Shown: in pieces, positions 1-6,962 of the stretch
Layout: every line of letters begins with the position of its first letter
Position numbering within the stretch: the stretch's first letter is position 1
Assembly: GCA_023136205.1 (NCBI GenBank)
Contig: JAGLRQ010000063.1
Coordinates: 1 to 32,000 of the forward strand
DNA: 32,000 bases
Direction of reading: 5' to 3'
From: Candidatus Auribacterota bacterium
Lineage (GTDB): Bacteria; Auribacterota; UBA6266
The notes under the pieces: generated by a model
What the model was told of the DNA's origin: nothing
Databases searched by the model: none
The model's input: only the letters and a program-made list of their open reading frames with translations
Program-made: the position numbers and the translations under genes

Positions 1-605
1 TGAAGATGTACGGAGAGTTTCTCGGTGTGGACTATAAAAGCCTCATATCCGAATATACCATCAGATATGGCGATGCGCTAAAAAAGACAAATAAGAGTGA
101 GAAAAAGGTTGGGCGTTTAAAAGCAATGAATGCCGGAAGAAACTCTCTTAAGCTTTCCAGGCCGGGTACCTTTGTTATAATTTGTGTAGTAGTTTTAATT
201 GGTGTTTTTGTTATTAAATTAGTATTTTTTAGCGGGAGAAGCGAAGACCAGTATTATAAAGATGTTACCTCTCCCATGCCTGCCCAATACCTGGATATCA
301 AGACTGCGTCGGTTAAGCTTCCTGTTGTTCCTTCCCGGGGCGATGCTCAGCATGAAGTGGAAGTGACTGCCTCCGAAGATGTCTGGATAGCCGTGTGGCT
401 GGACGGGAAAGAATTTCCCGCGGGAATACTATCTGCCGGGCAGGGAGAAAAATGGCTTGGCGGAAAAATTCATTTAAAAATCGGCAATGCCGGCGGTCTG
501 AAAGTCAAAGTTGACGGTAAAGCCCTAAAGCCCCTTGGCAAAACAGGCGAAGTCATCCATCTCTACATTGACGATATCGGAGTAAAGACAAAAAAAGCAA
601 ACTAA
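1..605 (+). CDS. rodZ: RodZ-like cytoskeleton/morphogenesis protein, C-terminal part (5' end outside window)
   Basis: The frame is open to the window edge. It shows a basic linker, one hydrophobic TM segment (FVIICVVVLIGVFVIKLVFF) and a DUF4115-like C-terminal domain (VWIAVWLDGK...LKIGNAGGLKVKVDGK), which is the RodZ layout. Confidence 0.6.
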   Translation, partial: KMYGEFLGVDYKSLISEYTIRYGDALKKTNKSEKKVGRLKAMNAGRNSLKLSRPGTFVIICVVVLIGVFVIKLVFFSGRSEDQYYKDVTSPMPAQYLDIKTASVKLPVVPSRGDAQHEVEVTASEDVWIAVWLDGKEFPAGILSAGQGEKWLGGKIHLKIGNAGGLKVKVDGKALKPLGKTGEVIHLYIDDIGVKTKKAN

Positions 606-1736
606 ATGAAACTAATAAATATATCTGTAATTTTTTTAACGGCGGCCCTATTATTTATCCCTCTGAGCTCTTACTCCATCAATTATAATGGGGTCGATAT
701 AAAATTCCGTGGAAGCGCGTCTGAAACCTACGATGATAATATCACTTTCGTTAACGATGATAAGAAAAATGATTTTATAACAAACTTAACCCTTGGGCTA
801 AGCGCCAAATACGAAGGCAAAACTACAACTTTAGAACTTGGCGGCGGCATAACTCAGCAAATCTTTGCCGCTAACCATAATTACAATAATCTCTCAGAAA
901 ACCTGACTTTAAATTTTCAACAGGAATTTTCAAAATATGACAGAATCAGCATAAACAATATTTTTACCCATACTTATGAACCGCGAAGTTTCGAAGATGA
1001 ATTTGGCAGGACAAGCGGCAGGTACGGCTATTACAGAAACAAATTTAATTTTGATTATACAAGGGATATCACCAAACAGTTTTCTGTTACCGCGAAATAC
1101 GCTAACGAAATAGATTATATTTCAAGAGAAGACATGAAAGATTCATATCTGAATAGGGCTGGTATTGAAGCGGATTATTCTTTAAGTTCAACTACTATCC
1201 TGTTTGTTTCATATGATTTTATGAACAGAAAATTTGTCCATGACGATGATTCATCTACAAACTCTATTGCCTCCGGTATAAGGCACTACTTAACCAAACA
1301 AATCTATTTTGACGGTAGAATCGGAGTAGATTTTATAAGGTCTTACAATGATGAAAATTACACCAGGCCGCTTATTTCTGCTTCGATTACTGATGAACTG
1401 GATGAAAACACCCGCCTGAGCATTTCCTTTAAAAAAGAAGATTACACAAGTTCTTATGAGGAAGACCTTTTTAACCACTGGCGGGCATCAGTTCTTTTTA
1501 CCAGACAGTTGGCAGAAAGGCTAAGCTGTTCCCTTTCAGGTTTTTATGGCGAAGGTAAATATGTTTTATTAGACATAAAAGATAAACTTCTGGGAGCAAG
1601 CATCGCCTGCTCTTACGATTTCAGAGAAAACTTAAAAGGAAATTTAAAATACACCTATTCAGATGTAAATTCCACCATTGAATCCCGAAAATATACAAAA
1701 AACACAGTAACTCTTGGATTATCCATAGATTTTTGA
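606..1736 (+). CDS. EPS-locus outer-membrane beta-barrel protein
   Basis: Signal peptide (MKLINISVIFLTAALLFIPLSSYS), alternating Y/G/N/D/T-rich beta-strand pattern and a C-terminal ...LGLSIDF ending in Phe. The ATG directly abuts the rodZ stop, and the gene lies upstream of the Wza-like exporter. Confidence 0.55.
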   Translation: MKLINISVIFLTAALLFIPLSSYSINYNGVDIKFRGSASETYDDNITFVNDDKKNDFITNLTLGLSAKYEGKTTTLELGGGITQQIFAANHNYNNLSENLTLNFQQEFSKYDRISINNIFTHTYEPRSFEDEFGRTSGRYGYYRNKFNFDYTRDITKQFSVTAKYANEIDYISREDMKDSYLNRAGIEADYSLSSTTILFVSYDFMNRKFVHDDDSSTNSIASGIRHYLTKQIYFDGRIGVDFIRSYNDENYTRPLISASITDELDENTRLSISFKKEDYTSSYEEDLFNHWRASVLFTRQLAERLSCSLSGFYGEGKYVLLDIKDKLLGASIACSYDFRENLKGNLKYTYSDVNSTIESRKYTKNTVTLGLSIDF

Positions 1737-1780
1737 TATATTGTATAACCTTTTGATAATTTGTTTTGAACAAGATAGTT

Positions 1781-1901
1781 GCAAAGCGAGCGGTCGTCCT
1801 TCGTCCAAGCGAGCAAAGCGAGCGATCGTCCCTCGTCCGAGCGAGCAAAGCGAGCGATCGTCCTTCGTCCAAGCGAGCAAAGCGAGCGGTCGTCCCTCGT
1901 C
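1781..1901. repeat. Family A tandem array A1 (about 3.8 units of 32 bp: GCAAAGCGAGCGRTCGTCCYTCGTCCRAGCGA)
   Basis: Read directly: head-to-tail units with a strict 32-bp period. The ORF-track N-terminal extension of the next gene (from 1741) is only a translation of this array. Confidence 0.9.
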
Positions 1902-1926
1902 TTTACGTAAAAATGGGAGAAAAGAT

Positions 1927-3018
1927 ATGATAAAGTACACTTTCGCGATTTTACTTACGGCACTTAACTTGGCGCTTCCAACATCGGTTAATGCTGAATA
2001 TGTTATCGGCATAGATGATGTGCTGGAAATAAGCGTGCTTGAGTACGATAATCTCCACACTGTGGCGACAGTTCCGGCAGACGGATTAATATCTTTCCCG
2101 TATATCGGCAATGTCCAGGCTGAAGGCAAGACATTAGATGAGATAAAAGCAGAGATATCAAATAAGCTGTCTGACAGCTATATAAAATATCCGGTTGTTT
2201 CAATCTCTCTTATAAAGTCCCGGAGCAAGAACTTCTTTGTTTATGGCGCGGTCAGTAATCCTAATGCCTACCCGATATCCGATGATATGACTGTTTTAAA
2301 GGCGATATCCGTAGCCGGGGGGCTTACTCCGGATAGCCTCTATGGCAAGATAAATGTCAGGCGTCCGGGAAGAAAAGATGAGCCTGAATATCAAAGCATA
2401 AGCATAGATATAAGAAGTACCATGGAAGGGAAGAGCAAGACAGGTGATATGCTTCTTTTACCCGGAGACATAGTGGTTGTTGAACCGAGCGAAAAGTTTT
2501 TTGTTTACGGCGAAGTTGCCAGGCCCGGGCGGTATTTTCTGGAAGATAACATGACAGTTTTAAGAGCTATTTCAGTATCCGGAGGCCTTACGCCGGGCGG
2601 CCTTTACGGCAGGGTGAATGTCAGGCGTTTACAGAATGATAAACCGGGGTACGAAGATATAGAGATAGATATCAGAGGTACCGCGGGAGGGGCCGGCAAG
2701 ACAGGTGATATGCCTCTTCTGCCCGGAGACATAGTAGTTATTAAACCGAATGAAAAGTTTTTTGTCTATGGCGAAGTTGCCAGGCCCGGACGGTATTTAC
2801 TGGAAGATAACACAACAGTTTTAAAAGCCATATCCATGGCCGGTGGTTTTTCCAAATACGGCTCCTCAAGCCGGATCAAGGTTTTAAAACCAAAAAAAGA
2901 AGAAGCCGGTTACGAAACCATAAAAATAGACATCAAATCCGCCATGAACGGCAGCCCCGAATCAGACATGTTACTCCACCCGGAAGACATTGTAGTAGTA
3001 TCAGAGGGAATTTTTTAG
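1927..3018 (+). CDS. Polysaccharide export protein (Wza/EpsE-like: Poly_export domain plus three SLBB repeats)
   Basis: ATG at 1927 preceded by GGGAGA. Signal peptide MIKYTFAILLTALNLALPTSVNA, a Poly_export-like segment (YVIGIDDVLEISV...ISFPYIGNVQAEGKTLDEIK), then three copies of FFVYGxV..PG.Y......TVL.AIS.AGG... Confidence 0.85.
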   Translation: MIKYTFAILLTALNLALPTSVNAEYVIGIDDVLEISVLEYDNLHTVATVPADGLISFPYIGNVQAEGKTLDEIKAEISNKLSDSYIKYPVVSISLIKSRSKNFFVYGAVSNPNAYPISDDMTVLKAISVAGGLTPDSLYGKINVRRPGRKDEPEYQSISIDIRSTMEGKSKTGDMLLLPGDIVVVEPSEKFFVYGEVARPGRYFLEDNMTVLRAISVSGGLTPGGLYGRVNVRRLQNDKPGYEDIEIDIRGTAGGAGKTGDMPLLPGDIVVIKPNEKFFVYGEVARPGRYLLEDNTTVLKAISMAGGFSKYGSSSRIKVLKPKKEEAGYETIKIDIKSAMNGSPESDMLLHPEDIVVVSEGIF

Positions 3019-3032
3019 TGGGTGATAGTTTG

Positions 3033-3404
3033 ATGAGAAAAGTAAAAAGCGTAAGAGATTTAGAGGTTTATAGAATTGCTTTTGACGTAGCAATGGAGAT
3101 ATATAATCTTTCAAAGGATTTTCCGAAAGAAGAAAAATATTCATTAACTGATCAAATGCGCAGATCTTCCAGATCAATCTGTGCAAATCTTGCGGAAGGT
3201 TGGCGTAAACGAAAATATAAAAAAGTCTTTATAAATAAATTGTCAGATGCGGCACAAGAAGCAGCAGAAACACAGACCTGGTTGGAATTTACCTTAAAAT
3301 GTAACTATATTGATAAAAAGACATTTGAAAAATTAGATGAAAAATACGAACACATATTTGCAATGCTTATAACAATGGAGCGAAAAGCAGATATGTTCTG
3401 TTAA
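3033..3404 (+). CDS. Four-helix-bundle protein (23S rRNA intervening-sequence protein family)
   Basis: Family hallmarks: VRDLEVYRIAFDVAMEIYNLSKDFPKEEKYSLTDQMRRSSRSICANLAEGW. About 120 aa. ATG at 3033 is preferred to the GTG at 3018 that overlaps the upstream stop. Confidence 0.8.
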   Translation: MRKVKSVRDLEVYRIAFDVAMEIYNLSKDFPKEEKYSLTDQMRRSSRSICANLAEGWRKRKYKKVFINKLSDAAQEAAETQTWLEFTLKCNYIDKKTFEKLDEKYEHIFAMLITMERKADMFC

Positions 3405-3592
3405 GCGAGCAAAGCGAGCGGTCGTCCCTCGTCCAAACGAGCAAAGCGAGTAAACGTCCCTCGTCCGAGCGAATGAAATGAGTGGTCGTCCCTCGTCCAA
3501 GCGAGCAAAGCGAGTAAACGTCCCTCGTCCGAGCGAATGAAATGAGTGGTCGTCCCTCGTCCAAGCGAGCAAAGCGAGCGATCGTCCTTCGT
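3404..3592. repeat. Family A tandem array A2 (about 6 units of 32 bp, including an exact 64-bp tandem duplication 3441-3504 = 3505-3568)
   Basis: Read directly. The array begins at the last base of the four-helix-bundle stop codon (TAA 3402-3404) and ends about 20 nt before the next start codon. Confidence 0.9.
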
Positions 3593-3613
3593 AACGAAAG
3601 AGAGGTTAATAAC

Positions 3614-5260
3614 ATGGATACTTATCCCAATTCGAGTGTAGACACCACCACCACATTCCGCGACTACCTGCGCGTGCTTTTCCGGCACAAAGCAGTAATC
3701 GCCATCACTTTTATCACTGTCATGGTAACTGTTTTCATCGGCCTGAAACTTAAAACACCGGTTTATGAGGCCCAGGTTAAAATGCTTATCTCAGCACAAA
3801 AACAGGTCGAAGCGCCCTACTACAGGGAGTTAGGTGGTTATGGCAAAGTTGAAATGGCCCTTACCCAGAGTGAGATTGTGAAGTCAAATCCTGTAATTGA
3901 GCGTAGTGTCAAAGCTCTTAGGCTATACGGTCGTCCGCTTGATTATGAAAAAAACTTTTGCTCTCCGCTTAAAAAGCGTTTGGTAGACTGGCGGACAAAA
4001 ACGCTTGAAGCCAAACTCGAAACTCTTCCCACACAACAAAAGCAAACTCTTCTATTTCGTAAAGCGGTAGAAGATTTAAAAGCAAGCACAGAAGTCGCGC
4101 CGATAAGAGATACTAACTTATTTACCATAAGCGTCAGTGATTTCAGCCCTGTTGGCTCAGCTATAACCGCTAATGTGGTAAGCCGTTCATATATTATATT
4201 TGACCTTGAACAGCAGCTTGCTGAGCTTCAGATAAAATATGGCGAAAAACATCTCGCGGTCAAACAGTTAAAGGACAATATTGAGAAGATGACCGCGAAC
4301 CTTAATGGCGAACCGATTTCTGCTATAGAAGCAATCGGCCCTGCGAGCGTTAAAATTATTGAGCAGGCGCAGGTTCCTATTAAGCCGACCGGAACCCCTA
4401 AACTTCTTACGCTTGTCCTTGCTTTTTTTATGAGTTGGTTTTTAGGCGTTATGCTTGCCTTCGGATTTGAGTATATGGATCATACTTTCAAATCGCCTCA
4501 GGACGTGGAAACATTCCTTAATCTTCCGCTTCTGGGCTCTATCCCGAAGAAAAAGGTTAAAGAAAAAAGATTAGTTCAGGATGCGAAGGTGATAACCCCT
4601 TATACCTCTTCTTATCAGACGATTTCAGACCAGATACAGTTGCTTATAAAAGAGAAGAACTTAAAATCTATTTTGATGACTTCTGCCTTAGAGCAGGAGG
4701 GAACTAGCACTATTATTGCTAATCTTGGCATTTGTTTAACTCACAAAGCAGGCTGTAAAGTGCTTATCATTGATGCCAATTTGAGGAATCCCTCTATGCA
4801 TACCGCTTTTAAAGTTTCTAATAATCAGGGGCTGAGTGATATTCTTGAGGGCAAGAGTTCTTTTGAAGAGGCTGTTAAAGCAGTAGATATTTATCCAATT
4901 CGTGATAATTCGAGTGCGGTTCGTGAAAATTCGTGCCTGAATGTTCTAACTGCCGGTTCTACCGGGCTTAATCCTATTACGCTTTTAGACTCTTCAAAAA
5001 TGGTTGATGTAATTAAAAAAGCCGGGAAAAAATATGAAATAATCCTGATTGACTGTACCAATTTGAGAAATTTCCGAGATGCCTCTGCAATTTCTTCACT
5101 TAACGACGGTATTGTTCTGGTAGTAAACGAAGGTAAAACCAGGCGCCAGGTAGTCAAATCAGCCTTAATACCCCTGGAGAAAAAGAAAGCCAACCTCATT
5201 GGTGTTATTTTGAATAACCGCACTTTTCCTATACCAAAAGGAATTTACAACCGTGTATAA
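3614..5260 (+). CDS. Polysaccharide co-polymerase (Wzz/GumC-like chain-length determinant) fused to a BY-kinase-like P-loop domain with a degenerate Walker A
   Basis: ATG at 3614 after AAAGAGAGG. Two TM segments flank a long coiled periplasmic region. The C-terminal domain aligns to the Wzc kinase core (VLIIDANLRNP, YEIILIDCTN, GVILNN), but Walker A reads EGTST rather than GK(S/T). Confidence 0.8.
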   Translation: MDTYPNSSVDTTTTFRDYLRVLFRHKAVIAITFITVMVTVFIGLKLKTPVYEAQVKMLISAQKQVEAPYYRELGGYGKVEMALTQSEIVKSNPVIERSVKALRLYGRPLDYEKNFCSPLKKRLVDWRTKTLEAKLETLPTQQKQTLLFRKAVEDLKASTEVAPIRDTNLFTISVSDFSPVGSAITANVVSRSYIIFDLEQQLAELQIKYGEKHLAVKQLKDNIEKMTANLNGEPISAIEAIGPASVKIIEQAQVPIKPTGTPKLLTLVLAFFMSWFLGVMLAFGFEYMDHTFKSPQDVETFLNLPLLGSIPKKKVKEKRLVQDAKVITPYTSSYQTISDQIQLLIKEKNLKSILMTSALEQEGTSTIIANLGICLTHKAGCKVLIIDANLRNPSMHTAFKVSNNQGLSDILEGKSSFEEAVKAVDIYPIRDNSSAVRENSCLNVLTAGSTGLNPITLLDSSKMVDVIKKAGKKYEIILIDCTNLRNFRDASAISSLNDGIVLVVNEGKTRRQVVKSALIPLEKKKANLIGVILNNRTFPIPKGIYNRV

Positions 5261-5282
5261 CTCTTAATTTTTAAGAAATAGT

Positions 5283-5479
5283 GCGTAGCCGTAACCTCCC
5301 CCGAGAGGACGATTCACGAGATACGGCTTCTAAGCTACTGCTTTTTTAATTTGTCCGAGCGAGTGAAACGAGCGGTCGTCCTACGTCCCAGCGAACAAAG
5401 TGAGCGATCGTCCTTCGTCTATCGTTTCTGGTGACTTGCAATTGGTGACTTTTTATCTTGGTGACTTGACAGTGTGGCC
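5283..5479. repeat. Composite junction module C1-A3-B1
   Basis: C1 (5283-5347): GCGTAGCC..CCTCCCCCGAGAGGACGA..CGAGATACGGCTTCTAAGCT. A3 (5353-5419): two family A units. B1 (5428-5479): CTGGTGACTTGCAATTGGTGACTTTTTATCTTGGTGACTTGACA. The same parts recur at 9877-10132 and 10896-11390. Confidence 0.8.
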
Positions 5480-5494
5480 ATTTCCGTATATAAT
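5466..5494 (+). promoter_or_regulatory. Sigma70-type promoter for the AbiEi/AbiEii/PLD operon
   Basis: TTGACA (5466-5471), a 17-nt spacer, then TATAAT (5489-5494), 30 nt upstream of the ATG at 5524. The -35 box is the end of the third TGGTGACTT repeat of module B1. Confidence 0.6.
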
Positions 5495-5523
5495 CATTAT
5501 TGATTATATAGAGAAACAATACT

Positions 5524-6162
5524 ATGGACTATGCAGAATTCAAAAAGAGGTTTTCGAAACTTCCGCTTATCGTCGGAAGAGACGCTGTCCAGCTTGAAAA
5601 AGCCGGGCAGGCGATGCGTAACCAGCTCAATCGCTGGCAGTCGAAGGGGCTTATTGTCAGGCTCAAAAAAGGCATCTATATGCTTAACAGGGACGACAGG
5701 AGGGTAGAACCAAGCAGAATCTTCCTTGCGAACCGGCTTTATGGCCCGTCATATGTCAGCTTAGAGTTTGTGTTAAATTTTTACGGGCTTATCCCTGAGC
5801 GCGCGGCTGATGTGACTTGTGTCACGACAAAAAAAACCGCGCGATTTATAAATGAATTCGGGACTTTTATCTACCAGCATATCAAGCCGGATGCCTTCAG
5901 GGGATTTAAGTCGGCGAAGGATGAGGCTGGTTTGCCGGTATTCATTGCCGAGCCGGAAAAAGCGGTTGTGGATTTTATCTATTTGAATTTATCAAAATTC
6001 GCGAAGCCGGAAAAAGAGCAGTTCGCGCAGTCTTTTCGGTTCCAGAATATGGAAAAATTAAGCGCGAAGAAGATTATGTTTTACGCGAGCCTTTTCAGTA
6101 ACCGGAAACTTCTCTCTGCCGCTAAGGAATTTTGCGTGTTTATTAAGGAAAACAAGAGATGA
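5524..6162 (+). CDS. abiEi: AbiEi-family antitoxin / wHTH transcriptional regulator (type IV TA)
   Basis: N-terminal wHTH pattern (...QLNRWQSKGLIVRLKKGIYML), about 210 aa. A 4-nt ATGA overlap links it to a downstream AbiEii-type gene. Confidence 0.75.
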   Translation: MDYAEFKKRFSKLPLIVGRDAVQLEKAGQAMRNQLNRWQSKGLIVRLKKGIYMLNRDDRRVEPSRIFLANRLYGPSYVSLEFVLNFYGLIPERAADVTCVTTKKTARFINEFGTFIYQHIKPDAFRGFKSAKDEAGLPVFIAEPEKAVVDFIYLNLSKFAKPEKEQFAQSFRFQNMEKLSAKKIMFYASLFSNRKLLSAAKEFCVFIKENKR

Positions 6163-6962
6163 TCGAAGTATTAAGACAGCAGTATAAAGATGAAATGTCC
6201 GCCGAGGATAAGGTCAACCGTGTCCGCGAGTTCCTCCAGATTATCGTGCTAAAGGCTCTGTACGAAAAGGATTATTTTGAGAAAGTCGCTTTTACCGGTG
6301 GAACGGCGCTCAGGGTGCTTTACGGCCTCAGGAGGTTTTCTGAGGATCTTGACTTTTCGCTTGTCTCCAGGAGCGGTTATGACTTTAAGCTGTTGAATGA
6401 GGAATTGCTCCGCGAGTTTAAGTTAAACGGGCTCCACGCCAATTCAAAACCAAAAGCCGAAAAAACTGTCCACAGCATGATGATCAAATTTCCGGGGCTG
6501 TTAAACGAATTAGGGCTTTCCGCTTTTAAAGAGCAGAACCTTTCCGTAAAATTTGAGGTAGACACAAATCCGCCAAAGGGAGGTAAGCTTGAGAATACGG
6601 TTGTCAACAAGGCGTTTATCCTGAATATTAAGCATTTTGATCTGTCGTCGCTCCTGGCGACGAAACTGCATGCGTGCTTTTTCAGGAAATATACAAAGGG
6701 CAGGGATTTTTATGACCTTCTCTGGTATGCGGGTAAGGGCATCAAACCGAATTTGCCGCTGTTTAATAATGCGATAGAACAAACGCAAGGCCGTTCGTCG
6801 GCCATCACAAAGGATAATTTGAAGGCATTTATCACGGATAGGATCGAAAAGGTTGATTTTGAGGCCGCGAAAAAAGACGTCGAGCGGTTTCTCGAGGACA
6901 AGAGCGAACTCAAGCTTTTTAAAAAAGAGGTATTTGAGGCCGCTGTTTCTGGAGTTTGCTAA
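6159..6962 (+). CDS. abiEii: AbiEii/AbiGii-family nucleotidyltransferase toxin (DUF1814)
   Basis: Motif FTGGTALRVLYGLRRFSEDLDF (GGTAL...R.S.D.DF) and a downstream KGRDFYDL motif. Confidence 0.8.
   Translation: MIEVLRQQYKDEMSAEDKVNRVREFLQIIVLKALYEKDYFEKVAFTGGTALRVLYGLRRFSEDLDFSLVSRSGYDFKLLNEELLREFKLNGLHANSKPKAEKTVHSMMIKFPGLLNELGLSAFKEQNLSVKFEVDTNPPKGGKLENTVVNKAFILNIKHFDLSSLLATKLHACFFRKYTKGRDFYDLLWYAGKGIKPNLPLFNNAIEQTQGRSSAITKDNLKAFITDRIEKVDFEAAKKDVERFLEDKSELKLFKKEVFEAAVSGVC

Noticed and set aside
1741-1926. Long N-terminal extensions offered by the ORF track. The first two run through repeat arrays: 1741 for the exporter and 3542 for the co-polymerase. The others run through unique or overlapping upstream sequence: 12420 for gmd, 25042 for the epimerase, 29361 for the exosortase, 30362 for the PEP-CTERM gene, 31236 for GxxExxY and 11389 for PiT.
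   Set aside because: In each case an internal ATG with a good Shine-Dalgarno sequence immediately precedes the recognisable signal peptide or the conserved N-terminus. The extension is repeat-derived or non-homologous.
1719-2129. ORF-track ORFs lying on repeat arrays: 1621-1872(-), 1719-2129(-), 3333-3572(-), 3367-3615(-), 3401-3688(-), 5400-5597(+), 8000-8338(-), 8088-8348(+), 7989-8219(-) and 11132-11413(-).
   Set aside because: Their translations are low-complexity echoes of the repeats (RPLALLAWTRDDRSLCSLGRGT... in several frames). They overlap real genes or intergenic arrays and have no start context. They are treated as artefacts of repeat periodicity.
3404-3592. The regular 32-bp spacing raised the possibility of a CRISPR array, here and at 1781-1901.
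   Set aside because: The units are contiguous copies of one sequence with no unique spacers between them. No cas genes or leader are present, and the same unit is scattered at six sites.
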